Translations under genes and position numbers: made by a program
Notes under the pieces: generated by a model
Told to the model about the DNA's origin: nothing
What the model saw: the letters and a program-made list of their open reading frames with translations, nothing else
Databases searched by the model: none
Part shown: piece after piece, positions 50,601 through 63,378 of the stretch
Numbering within the stretch: position 1 is the first letter of the stretch
How the letters are laid out: every line of letters begins with the position of its first letter
Assembly: GCA_045837725.1 (NCBI GenBank)
Contig: JBEWZL010000267.1
Location: 62,001-126,000, forward strand
DNA: 64,000 nt
Origin: Vermamoeba vermiformis
Taxonomy: Eukaryota
Reading direction: 5' to 3'

Positions 50601-53600
50601 CCTGAAGCAGTCGGTGACTTTGAGCCCGCTGAAGGTGTCTTGAGTCCTGACTTAGGCGCGCCAGAAACAGATCCGGATCTAGCAGGCGTCGTGGGAGTCT
50701 CCTTAGCGAGCTTAGGCAACAACGCCTTGACGCTAGTAGCAAAGGCGGGCTTGAGGCCAGAAGTCTCTTGTTCGATAACTTTAGCACCGCATCGCTTCAC
50801 GGTCTCGCCCAAAAGAGTCTCGGAGACTTGACGCACTTCCGCAGCCTTGTCTTGCAAGCAGTTCAAGATGGGCTTGATCAACGGCTTCATGTCGTTTCCT
50901 TTCTTCTTGGATGAAGGCAAATGCTTAGCAATCCAGGTCAAGAGCTCTTTACGGCCGTTTGCAGCAGCCATAGCGTTAGGCAAGTAGACCAAGAACGCGT
51001 CAATGCCGCACACTTCGACCCACTTGTCCAAGCAGCTCGAGACAGCTACACGCACGGGGATCTTGTTGTCAGTGTAGTTGTTGAGAATGCTGCTCATAAT
51101 CAGCTTCATGTTGGGCTCAATGGCGGGACCAATCGCAGTCGCGAGGTCGCCGAGAATGTTCAATGCAGCGACAGTAATGCTCTTGTTGGTATCGACCAAT
51201 CGTTTCTTCAACGAAGTCATGAGGTTGCCCAATTTAGGTTGGATCTTCTTGTTGGCCTCGTTGAGAATTTCTTCGAGCTGAGTCAAACCTTCTTGACGCT
51301 TCTTCCAATCATTATCGTCAATCATAGCGATCAATTGCGGAGTCAATTTGCCGGAAATATCGACACGTGGCAAATCGTCGTTTGCAGCAGCATTGTTGTT
51401 GCTGGATCCGCTTGCGCTAGCAGTAGCCGAAGCAGCAGGAACGACAGCTGAAGCGCGCAACTTCTTTGCAGGCGTCATTGGCTTCAAGTTGGACAACTTT
51501 TCAAACTCTTGCTCGATCGTGACTAACAAGGCAGGCTTGACTTCTTTCAACTGTTCGCGCAATGCAGGGCCCATGTACTTGAACATTTCAGCGAGCAAAA
51601 GCACGGCAGATTGCTTCACGACGGGGTTAGGATTCTCCAAGACTTGTTTGACGCAGTCTACGAGCGGCTTAAGCTCGACAGTGTTGAGGCCAAAGTCGAT
51701 GAGCGCACTAGCCATGAACAACAACGCCTCGCTGATGACTTTGGGGGTCTTGTGGTTGACGCAAATCTTGTAGATTAAGCCAAAAACAGTTTGCGGGCCC
51801 AATACCTCGCAAAATACGGCGAGACATTCAACTCCAGTCTTCTTGATCTTGTTGTCTGTAAGCTTCTCGACAATGCCTTCCATGCCGTAAGCAGCGTGAC
51901 GGCGTGCAAATGCCTTGGACAAAGAAGCAATGCGTTGAACGATTTGAATGACGCGGATCATGATCTGGAAGTTGGTGTCGGAGAAACCAGGACGGTAGTA
52001 GAGCAAGCTCATTAATACTTCAGTATTATCTGTAATAGCATTTTCGTCCATCTTGTTCACCAAATCGCCCAAAGCATTAATGGCTAAAATAAATTGTTAG
52101 ATTCGATCCGTTACAAAACAATAGCTAATTAGTAAAATATGTGTATATTATGTTAGATCATATAGTTGAGTCTTACCTTCTAAACGTTGCTTCCAAACCT
52201 TCTTTTCAGCGAGTTGGTTGATGATATCCATGGAGATCAAAGCGCCAGCCTTCGCAACGACTTCTTCTTGGTTCATTGAAGGTGTAGTCGAGTTATCTTC
52301 GGCTGCTGGCTTGGCAACAGGGGCAGGAGCGGCAACATTAGTATTGCTGGCAATCGTGCCTGGCTTAGGAATGCCCGACTTCTTTGTAGCAGCAGGTGCA
52401 ACAGCAGTGCCTTTAGCTGCTGCTTTAGGTGGTGCAGCAGTAGGTTCTTCTGCGACAGCAGCAGCCTTTGGAGCTGCCTTTTTAGGTGTACCCTTAGCAC
52501 CAGCCCTAAATCAAAAACTTAGGATCTCGATCTCGTTACAAAAAATTTTTGAAGGCGCTGAATTTGCACCGTATTATTTAAGCAAGCATATGTTAATCAT
52601 TTGTATCGTACAACTTACTTAGGAGCGCCCTTCTTTGGAGCAGGAGCATCGTCGTTCAGATCGTCGAGATCGAGTTGAATAGGAGTAGTCATTGGAGGAG
52701 GTGCAGCAGCTACTGCCGTTTGAGGAGGAGGTGTAGCAGGAATAAATTCGCGCAATTTCTTCTCCTTGATCTTATCCAACTTGGCTAAGAAACCTTGTAC
52801 GGCCTTTTCACCGACGAACGAGATCATGGTACCGAATGATTCGTAAGCAGTGTCACGAACTACAGGATCACTATCTTCGAGCAGCTGAAACGATGCATTA
52901 GTATATTAACGCTGAATGATAATTTCAAGCGAGATTTCTATTGGGGCACGGATTCGGATGTGGTTTTAAACTTACGTTCATGTAGATTGTAGCCAAGGGC
53001 TTGACTTGCTTAGTCAATATGGCTCTATTAGTAGCTTTAACGAGCTTAGTCAAGAAGACCAATAATTCTTTCTTTTGCGCGGGTACTTTGCTTTCGGATG
53101 TCGTCTTAATGTCTTCCATAATATCAGCCAAACTGAAGCAATGAGGGATCATATTCTCAAACGACTCTTGGAAGGCTTGGACGGTCGATGCCTTCTTTTC
53201 TTTGAATTTCTCGAAGAAGATCGGCACCAAAACTTTAGCTTGGCCAGCAAAAGCTGCTCGAAGACCCTTGCCTAGCAAACCAAGAGCTTTAGCGCACGAT
53301 TCGACGACTCTGACGTTTGAATCGCTTGTAATTAACTGAAATAACGAGTTAGAATTGAAATCATACTCGAGCAGACAAATCCAGTACAAAACTCGAAAAT
53401 TTGTTGCACTAAGCGCGTAAATACTACCATTCTAATATTAATTCTAAATAGTCGTCTATAGTTACCTTTTTCAAAGCAGCAACGACTTGAGTGAAGTCGC
53501 CGTTCTCGATCTTCGGTGTATCCGCCAAAGTAATCAAGTTATCAATCTGTTCTTTACGCAAGTTCCATTTTTTCTCAGCCAAGCCCTCGTAGAACGCAGG

Positions 53601-54960
53601 TCCAATCTTAGCGAGGACATTAACTGGCTCGAGCAGATCGTACGGATCGACGCCTTGAGGTTGAGCACCTGCGTCACCAGGAGCTGCGCCAGGAGCACCA
53701 CCTGCTGCAGTGGGTACTGAACCAGGCTGAGGAGCGTCTTTACGCAAGTATTTCAAGGCAGCTGGTGGTTCTTTAGGAGCCTTTTCGAGAGCGGTGTCGA
53801 TCTCTTTCAATTGCGCTGGTCTCAATTTTTCTGTTTGCTTCTTCATGACCTATATGCCATATACGATAAGTGTACTGTCGATCATATAATATTCATAGCA
53901 TTTCAAGCAAAAGTAACTGCGTGTAACGACGAATTGAAAAAGAAGCAGGATCTCGAAAGCTTGCACTCATAGTGCTATTATTTGCATATAATATTCTCTG
54001 TATATGTACTTACGGGCTCTCCAAGCCATCTGTAAAGTTCTACAGTCAAGTTTTGAGCTTCGTCACGGATTAACTTGTTGGTATTCTCGAACCAAGGCAA
54101 GAACACCTTCAATACTGGTTTAACTGGGAATGCACGAACACCAAAAGTCCTATTATAGCATTGGTTTAATACTGGTTTTTGAAGGAGACGTTCGAAAGAG
54201 ATCTAGATCTAGATTCGAAAATTCCATTGTGACTTACTTGAGTCCTTCAGTAATCACGGCAATACTGGCAGCAGCAACTTTTGGTACTTTGTTACCAGCT
54301 CCTTCAATTAGAGCAGCCTAATGTTCGATAAAAATGTCATGATTAGCGAATCTGCCTTCGATATCGAACGCCGAGCACTATTTGCATTTGCTTATTGATC
54401 TTACCACTACGGGGTCGGGGACATCAATCTCCATAATTAATAATAACAGCTGAGTGCCCTTATCCTTTGTTTTTTGTTTGGCAGATCCGAGTGTCTTTTC
54501 AACAATAATTGGAGCCAATTCAGCAGCTTTCCTATAATTAATAATATTAATAAAATATTATTGGGCGGCGTAATATACGAAAATTTCGTTTAAATGTTCG
54601 TAAACTGTATGGTATAATTATTAAAATTCAAAACTTACTTTGGAGCGTGTTCATATCGATCAGCCCACGCAAGAACAACGTCTAAACCCTTTTCCAACGA
54701 TACTACGTTCTTATCGTTTAAAATCTTTTTCATAAACGGCTCTAAACAGATTTACATTAAAAATTAGTAAAATAGCAAAAATAAATAATAGAATAATCTC
54801 AATAATTACCAAACTCTTTAAATACTGGTGCTACGCCGTCTTCAGCCTCGTTGAATTTTTTCTCCAAGACTTCGTAAGCATTTTGGCGGACTTTCCAGTT
54901 GGAATGATCCAATCTCTCTGCTAACGGCAGCTTTTCCGCTTCTTCCACAGGGTCACTCAT
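47657..54960 (-). CDS. CKAP5: XMAP215/Dis1/ch-TOG microtubule polymerase (CP224-like)
   Basis: N-terminus LPLAERLDHSNWKVRQNAY; repeated TOG WK/WN..R motifs (KKWNLRKE, VWKQRLE, DWKKRQEG); FKEKK; DTNFQ; C-terminal LRERLAKIK. The last exon is about 4.4 kb. Confidence 0.95.
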
Positions 54961-55161
54961 TATTTACACTTTATACAAACCCAAGTAACGAGAAAATGAT
55001 AGCCGTGTTCTTCACTTCCTCTCGATCCAATAAAAAGAACCAAAACGCAGCCGCCATAAATAATCAAAAAAAGAGCGGGAAAGGAGCCCGCGCAAAAATA
55101 AACGGTTACACAATCTCAAATCTTTATAGTTTCCATGTACAAAACGTTAAATTGATGGTGC

Positions 55162-56783
55162 TTACGCACGAATCAATTTAATAGGGAACTTTTCGGTGAT
55201 CAAACGGCCATCTGGGAACATGACGACCAAGTTAACTTCAAAATCGACTTTAAACGTTCTAGCTACTAAAGAAGGGCAAGTGAATTGTCGTGGGAATATC
55301 ATGTTCATAGGCACTTCGAAATTGCGGTGAATATCGCCTTCAGCTATTTGGATGTTCTGAATCTCCGTTGCTACACGAGGCAAAAAAATTAGTAAATGAG
55401 TTGAATAGCGCTATAATGCAATGTTAGCATAAGGTAATCGATGAAGACGTTGCAATTTTCGCATAGAAATATAAAAGAAAAAAAATGTACCTTCTTTAGC
55501 AAATCCATCTGCGCATCCTACAAAAACAATGAGTTAGCACCTGCAAGACCACTCAATGATTAATATATATTCATACCTATTGTTTCAACGCGGACTAACT
55601 GCAATTCAATAGTTTTAATGGGTGCATCGCATTCTTCAACGATCAGCGAGCCAGTGAATGGCTTATTAATATAACAGGCTGTAGTGTCGATCTTGCCTTT
55701 AATACGGAACTTGGGAATATTATTCATTGCTCCCTATGAATAGCAACGATCATAGTTAGTGTCTGAAGCTAAAAAAAAGACGCGCGATCCAGGCCAAATC
55801 CGCGACGCGCTCGTCCTAACATATATCTTGTCATGCAGTTTAAACATATGATTACCTTTCTGACGTTTTCTAGTGATTCGGGAGTAAGTAAGAAATCTTC
55901 TGGGGTTGGTTTGACGTTGGGATTTTTGCCCTAAAGACGCGTGTCAGCATTGATCCATAAATGCAAAACCACGACTTAGTTTAATAATATATTATCGTGC
56001 ACTATATTAACATACTTATATATGATTATATTATATAATCAATCAATTATTTTGAAGATGATTAATGGTCAGAAACGGCTCGGAAAAAAACATCCGATAA
56101 AAATTTCATTTGTGTTGATTAATAGAATAATATTGTGATATTATATAGATACTATATACACTTACGGGTAGATGAACGATAAATTCCAAATTCTTTTGCA
56201 AGTTCTTGCCGAAGAAAGTCTTCGCTGCTTCGCATTTCAAATTGTACGCAATATTGACGTAAACGCCGTGATAAGTCTCAAAAAGTTCTTGTCCGCTCAA
56301 TGGTTCTAATTTAAATTCGAATGGCAGCTCTGTAGCTCCGTCTTTGAGTTTGCCTGGCTTTTGGATTTCGACGGTGTAGTCCATTAGCGTGATCGGCTTC
56401 AATGAGTTGTAAAATGCTTCAAATAATCCAACACTTTTTGCGCTTAATTGTAACGATACTTGGCCTGAGATTTGCATCGTAATTCCGTTGTGTGAAAAGC
56501 CTCCAGATGCGGTAACGACTACATGACCAGAGACCATTTCCTAAAATTATTTAATTTATATATAAATATGATGAACGTAATATAAATTGATTTTAATAAT
56601 AAGTGAGATATTGACCCAATTATTTTTGCGATAATTTGAGTTTGCAATCAAACGGATCCTTTATGCTATTCCAAGGCCGAAATTTGCTCAGCAAATAATT
56701 TATTAAATTATGGTAGTATTATCTATACTTACTCCAGGCTTATAAATTCGATCAGCTCTATCCAACACAATTTCCAGCGACAT
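55162..56783 (-). CDS. VPS26C: Vacuolar protein sorting 26C (DSCR3), Retriever subunit
   Basis: MSLEIVLDRADRIYKPG, LQLSAKSVGLFEAFYNS, ETYHGVYVNI, ATEIQNIQIAEGDI, FPRQFTCP. Confidence 0.95.
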
Positions 56784-56996
56784 TTCCAATCAATTGGATA
56801 ACGATCGTATCTTATTGAATAATATACAAATAATAAATATAACGACCTTAGGTACTCGTTGGTCGTGTTTGAAACAAATGAAAGTCTCCCGCATCCAATT
56901 TTTGCCTGAACCAGCGAACTATGGGTCCGAACTATGCCAAACAACGATGAGATTACTACAAAGAAAATGATAATAATTACGAGTATAGGATTGTGT

Positions 56997-57279
56997 TTAT
57001 CGCCGATTTTTATAGTTACAGTGCAGTTCTTTTTTACAATTAATTGTTGTTTCCTCGTAGCTACGTGGTACAATACGGCACCTGAATTATTGATACAATA
57101 CGTTAGTTTTATATAATACGATAACCTATACGAATAGGTGCGTACCCTAATAATCCTACTCCGTGCCACTTCTTTGGAGTCAATCTCAAGTGAAGTACAT
57201 CCGCTTTGCGACGCACGTAAACATCGATGGTTTTGCTCTCGTTCTTTGTAACTAAATCTTTGATAAGCATTAAATGATG
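56997..57279 (-). pseudogene. Partial duplicate of PSMD9 (C-terminal PDZ half + last exon)
   Basis: HLMLIKDLVTKNESKTIDVYVRRKADVLHLRLTPKKWHGVGLLG|CRIVPRS matches the PSMD9 C-terminus at 59159-59370. The intron position is kept; the original stop is changed to TAC. Confidence 0.8.
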
Positions 57280-57288
57280 CTTGTAGGC

Positions 57289-58933
57289 TTAATTGTTCGT
57301 CTTGAGCCACGGTTTAACAAATAAGGAAGGTCTATCTCCATGCAGCCGACAATTAATTGAGAACGACGCAAGCAGATCGAACAATGCTCGCAGATCACCA
57401 ATTTTGAGCATATTGAATGCGCCACCAGAAGGGGATGCTACTTCACGAATGATGAACTTGTCAGGTTTGGTATGACTTTGCGAGCCATTCAAAACTGCAT
57501 CAATAAATTGTAGCGGAATTTCAGCTCGATAAATGGAGACTTGGTAACCTGTCACGCGGATCGCAGTGGAGAAAAACATTTTGCCTTCCCTTACTGTACG
57601 TAATATTATTACTGTGCAAAGTGTATCGTTTATGCTCTACTTACTGTCTTTAGGGTAGATTAGGTGAGTTGGCTCTTCACGCTCCGAGGCGAGAGATTCG
57701 AAGTTCAACGAGATCTGATAATTGTACACGGCTTGAACCACCATCTCTGCAATTAATTGTCCGTCGACACCGTGAGCTCTCTTTGCTATTTTGTCTTCAA
57801 TAACAAAGGCCACCAAGTGATTCATTGGTGCGATGAGCCACGATTGATCGCTAATTCTCCGCATGTATGACTGAGATGTAATTGCATGGTCGTATATTGC
57901 TGTTAGTGGTGCGTATCCACCATTTTGGTTGCTTAATATCACCGCGACTGGGAGCTTAGGCCTGTAAGTTATTAGTTAAGTTGTATCGTGCAGGAACGCA
58001 ATGTCCATACCGAGACCTAAGCCAGCCCGAATCCATTCCTGTGAGGTGTAGAAGGACACCTGCAACGCGATCAACTTCTGCATCAAGGTCGGCCTCGAGA
58101 AGGGAATCCTGTAGAACGGCAAAAAATCGATGCAAAGAATCGTCAACATAGTCTTTTTTCTTGTGTTTCTGCAGTATCATTTGCACCTTCTTTGTCCACT
58201 CATTTGGAGTTTCGCAATTGCTAGCAAGGCAACGTTAGTCTAATTCAAGTGAACTCACTTACAGTTCGTCAAAGAGTGTGTCTTTCAATCGTATTGCGGG
58301 CAAAGCAATGCGTTCAATATCTTTCTCGGCATTGGGAGGTACTGTATATATTTAATAAATATACTTGGTTCTATTTTCACCTTACTTTGCAGATTTGGAA
58401 TGAATGTGTACGTGCGATCGTCCAAAATGGCTGATTGTGATGCTTGCGTAATTTTCCAGTCACTGCATGCGTTAGGAAAAAGGTCAGGAGGCGTCATACT
58501 CAGACTTTGTTGCTTCGTCATGTCAACACGAGGCAAGATCGAATCTTGATCGTTCCCGTCTTGATTGACCGCATCTGTTTGTGACTAAACTTTTTCAGAT
58601 TGCTAGTAAATTAGCGTTCATTACCATAATTTTAATTCGACCGCTGGCTACCAAAGTATCGAAGATGACACGGGCGGGCGAATTGGCAGGGGCCTGCAAA
58701 TTAAGTTAATTAATTTAAAAAAAAATAATAAATTATCAAAAATTACTTACATTAGCAAACTTCTCCAAAACTGTTTGCGTAACATTTTCTGCCTCTTCGA
58801 AGGCATAGTCATGAGCGGTATCAACTTTGTTTCGTTTTTGAAACAAGCTGGATGTGGCACGGCCAATTATTGTTTGGCGCTTGCAACCCAGACCCAAAGT
58901 TCTCTTTGTAATAACATTAAATAAACGAAGCAT
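57289..58933 (-). CDS. CRN-like PD-(D/E)XK-type nuclease-fold protein with presequence-like N-terminus
   Basis: Multi-exon. Motifs SDQSW...AFVIEDK...GQLIAEMV and AIRVTG..VSIY resemble CRN/REase domains. N-terminus MLRLFNVITKRTLGLGCKR. Confidence 0.55.
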
Positions 58934-59158
58934 GTAATGATAATAAACAAATTTCTTGGTGTTTACGAAACGTTTGAGGCTGGAAGACAAAATTTTTGCG
59001 CATCGAGACTCTCTTTGCTAACGACCAAACCCAAGCACACATTAAGTTATAATAGTAGTACCATAGAAAGTTTATTATTTACATGCATCTTTTTTAGTTT
59101 GTTCATCAACTCTTCTTTGTACAAACGCTTCGTGTGGTTGAAAACCGGATGTAGGCCT

Positions 59159-59992
59159 TTAGCTACGTGGTACGATACGACATCTTATTACAAAGGTTAG
59201 GACGTTGGTTTAAAATAATGAATACTATGCTAACGTACCCTAATAATCCTACACCGTGCCACTTCTTTGGTGTCAGCTTCAAGTGAAGTACATCCGCTTT
59301 GCGACGCACGTAAACATCGATGGTTTTGTTCTCGTTCTTTGTTACCAAATCTTTGATAAGCAGTAAATGGTTATTGTTAGTGTTGTCTACTCCTCCGAAA
59401 TCGAGTATCAAGTCGCCAACTTGCAATTTGGCCTGCAGAAAATTAGATCAGATCCACCGTTGAACATTAAAAAAATTAAAGGAGTCCTTACCTCGTACGC
59501 TGGCGACATTGGTGCAATTTCAGTAACAGAGGCAAAGTGTTCTTTTGTTTTAATATTATCGGGTACTGGCAGTATTTCTTCGTCCTGGTGGGTTGTATCC
59601 GCTTTGGATTGCGATCCGCTTTGAGATTGAGTAGCAGCTGGTGGCGGGTTTTGCTTTAATTGTGAGTGATATTCGATAAGGCCTTCCTCAATTTGCTTCA
59701 TTAATTCTTTGTAATCATTCTGTTTCCCTGATCCGTAATAATTAGTCAAATTTCTTTAAATTAAAATTAATTATGAAATTTAATCTAATCGATCATATAA
59801 CGTACTTATCAATAAATTACGCGATTCTCGGACCGCTAATATTTTTTCCACGTCACTGATCGGAAATCCGTCTTTGTCAACTAAGCCCCCGTGAAGACCT
59901 GGGTTTCCAGGGGTATTTAAATAGTTTGTAAGTGCTTCTATTTCAGACTCGAGGTCGTCTTTTTGCTTAATTAACTTTTGTAAGTCTGCCAT
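59159..59992 (-). CDS. PSMD9: 26S proteasome assembly chaperone p27/Nas2
   Basis: LVDKDGFP, LQ/KQNDYKELMKQIEEGL coiled coil, PDZ motifs SPAYEA..GDLILDFG and LTPKKWHGVGLLGCRIVP. Confidence 0.93.
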
Positions 59993-60085
59993 AGTGTTGA
60001 TCAATAGAAAGTTCGAAACTGAAACCAGAAAACAAATTGGCGGCATTTTTCGTAATTTTTTGCATCATGGTAACATAGAACAACC

Positions 60086-63000
60086 ATGATTTCCTTAGAA
60101 GACGCAATTGCAGGTATTGAGAACTTCGATACTGTAATTTCTAAATCCGCTTAAAGGATCGCGTTATTTTTCAACCAGTAATAATACAAATAACAGGACG
60201 AATTTATTAACGTTATTTTAGGGATTGCAAATAATTTTGGCGGAACACTGCAACAAACTGACCTCATCCTGAGATTGCAGATGTCTCCTTTTAAGTTTAA
60301 CGAAGCTGCTACGCAAATAATTACTACAGAAAAATTAGACGGTATTGCGCTGGCATTAATGAGCGAAAAGGAGCTTGATCAATGCGGATTCAAAGGCGGT
60401 CATTTCATCAAATTACGTAAACTACGAAAGGCTTTACGCGGGAAATTATTATCATTGATAGGTTGGTTTTACTTATATAATTTTAACGTTACTAATTATA
60501 TATAATTCGAAGTTCCCGATCTGCCGGATCAATTTGAACACAAATCTGCGGAGGAGGTCGCTTTGTGGTCTAAAAGCGATTCTGTATTGAATTTTGACGA
60601 AGAAGAAGCGAGCATATTCACGAGAGAACAATATGATGGCTACGCATTGCTCGGTTTTGAAAGCATTGACGACACTTGTCGGTGTGGCGGCTGGAAAAGA
60701 GCATCTGTTGTGAAACTGTGGTACCGTTTGAAAGGACCTGTACTTATAGAGGACGATACGAAAGATAATAATCACGATCTTGAGCTGCCTAAAAACAAAA
60801 AGCGAAAACGTTCCATAAGCAGCGACGGTAGCTCACGTAATGCAAAAAAAGGTAATTAAGGGACAACGGTGATTAAAATATTTTTTGCTAACATTCAATG
60901 CGGAAAATTGGTCGAATTTCGACAAAAAACATTCGTTCCTTGCGAGCCCAATTGTATTGTTCTCAAGCTTTTGTTTCATAGCACGATTAACGAAGAACAC
61001 AATCAACGAAGAAATACAGCAAGTCATAGCTGTACGTACCTAATTATATGCTGTTGAGGCACAGTGCTGATCGTTATTTTTGAAGGCAAATCGTGAACTT
61101 CGGAAGACGAACACGGAACTGAGGACAAAATTGGAAGAACAGCTGCAAGTATACCGTGCACCTTCTGGTACAACGTTGAATGAGGAAAGTGATTTTGCCC
61201 AAGCTATTAGAGCATTTGATCATGTATGTTTTTTCTAGCATCATGCAATTAGTTTGTTAATCATTAGCAGGAAATTGCCACTCCAAAATTAGACAGCTAT
61301 GTCCAGCGGAACTTGCCTTGGACACCACGCAAATCATTTGGTGAGGATATCGTCGCAAAGATCTTTCATCAAATTCGACCAATACTTTCTGGCAAACAAG
61401 ACATGGATGTTCGTCAAGTACCTTTATTTACAGTAACTGGTGCAAGTGGATTAGGCAAGACACGTTTGGGTGTTGAATTGCTGGGTTTGTTGGAGCAGCA
61501 TGCTAACAAGCAACAAGAAGAGGAATTGGCTGCTTTATTTGGAACAAACTCTCGCTTAATCTTTTTAAATTTTGCTAATGGTGATCTTATTGGTGTGAAG
61601 AAGGGACTAACAAAGAAAGAATTGTATGGGCAGTTGGCTTTTAGAATTATTTATCCACATGCACCTTTTGAAGACCATGAATTTAAAAACATTGCAATAC
61701 CACAGTCTATCTTCATTCAGTTGATCAACAAGCTGCGAAAAGACCCAAAACAGAAGTTTTTTTTGCATATTCAAGTAGATGAGTTTCAAAAAGGATTTAC
61801 AGATGAAGATTTCAAAACAATTGCAAGGGGTGGCAAAAATGTTTTGTTCCGTACTTACCTATCAATGCTACTAAAAATTGCAAAGGCATTGCAAACTTTC
61901 AACATATTCACCATTATATCATGCACAGGCGTATTAAACACTGAATATCGAGGTGAGTCAACACATGTAAATATTAATACTTTAATTGACAAAGCTTGTA
62001 GGTCTCTTCCCTGCTACTGATTATAACATAGTTAACCTACCACTGCTCTTGCTACCTGAGAAAGCTGCTTTGGATCTTGTTGAACAAGCAGTGGGCAGAG
62101 AAAAAACTGCCATTCCATTTGTCAAAACTCTTGCTAAGGCAATGGTAAATTTATCAAAGTAATGCAAATATCAAACATTAACATGTAATCATCACTAGGG
62201 TGGGTTGCCCAAAGCTTTGAACGCACTTGTAGCACAACTCAAAAGATGGTCAGGAACTGAAATAGCATCACCTATCAATCAAATATGGTCTAAGACATGT
62301 GAGGAATTAGCCAAGAGTTACCGTTTTCCAAACAACTTAGATTTGCTTGGTCGACTAACATCAATGGCTCTATTGGACAAAGAATTGATAGCTGATCAAA
62401 AAATTGGAGATCATACTATCATTGAATTAGAAGAAGAAGGTAACTCTGTTTTTTAATTGTGTTGACATACTAATCTTTGACCAATTAGGCTATTTTTTTA
62501 TTCGAGAAAAAACTATTGAAAAAAAGTGCAAGATATCAATCCCTTATGTCCTGCTGTCTCTTTGGAAAGGAAGTAACAACTCATTTGACTTTGGAGATGT
62601 ATTTTCAAGAAAGCAGTTTCCACCACTTTTGGACAGCAGTGATTTTAGAGAAATTTGCACTTTATTTTCAAGCCTGGAAATACTACGAAGAGAGCAAGCT
62701 GGGCAATGCACTCACTTTTAAAGTACTGCACCATGGACAATGTCATACAAATGTTGAAAGAGTAACGTAAGAGTTCAGTTAATATGCAATTAAATGTGAT
62801 ACTAATTCACTGCAGAGTATTGCCAACTGAAACAAACTTTGGTGTGGTCTTTTCAAAGCTTGATAATATAACTGATGAAAACTTAAGCAGTGGAGAGCTT
62901 CCCCTTCTTAATGGTTCCATTAACCTCAAAGAACCCCCAGTTGCAGTTTGGTTTGGCCGAAATTGTGTTGGTTTAGATGCTATGTTACTATACAAGTCAG

Positions 63001-63284
63001 AAACACCTACTGCAATTTTATTAGAAGCAAAGCACACAATTCCAGGGCAACAAGCAAATGCAAAAGTGGAAAAGACTGAAATAGACAAAGAACGAGACGA
63101 CTTTGCCAAGCGAAGAGAGCAATTTGCAAAACATGGTAAAACAGCATACACAGCTTTTATTACAAACAAAGAGGTTGCTCTTCGAGCAGAACGGAAAAAA
63201 TATTTTGACATTTTTGTGGATCCTGAGAATTTCAGCATTTATTTTGGGCCAGCTTTTTCATTTTTGGTAGATGGTGGCCTATAA
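60086..63284 (+). CDS. CRN-like effector: SAM-like headers + P-loop NTPase + PD-(D/E)XK nuclease
   Basis: Two SAM-like repeats (LDGIALALMSEKELDQCGFKGG; YDGYALLG). Walker A GASGLGKT, Walker B LHIQVDE, GGLPKAL, then GLDAMLL...ILLEAKH. Confidence 0.8.
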
Positions 63285-63378
63285 TTACAAGTGGTTGTGT
63301 TTTAATAAAGAATAGATTAAGTTCATTGTACTTACAAAGGATTAAAGCCACCAATTACATAATGTACTACATTTATTG

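Noticed and set aside
47661-52622. Many long plus-strand ORFs antisense to CKAP5
   Set aside because: Shadow ORFs expected from strong codon bias in a long exon; no recognisable domains.
56729-57310. 193-aa ORF from the six-frame track
   Set aside because: Off-frame reading across the PSMD9 duplicate, its intron and VPS26C exon 1.
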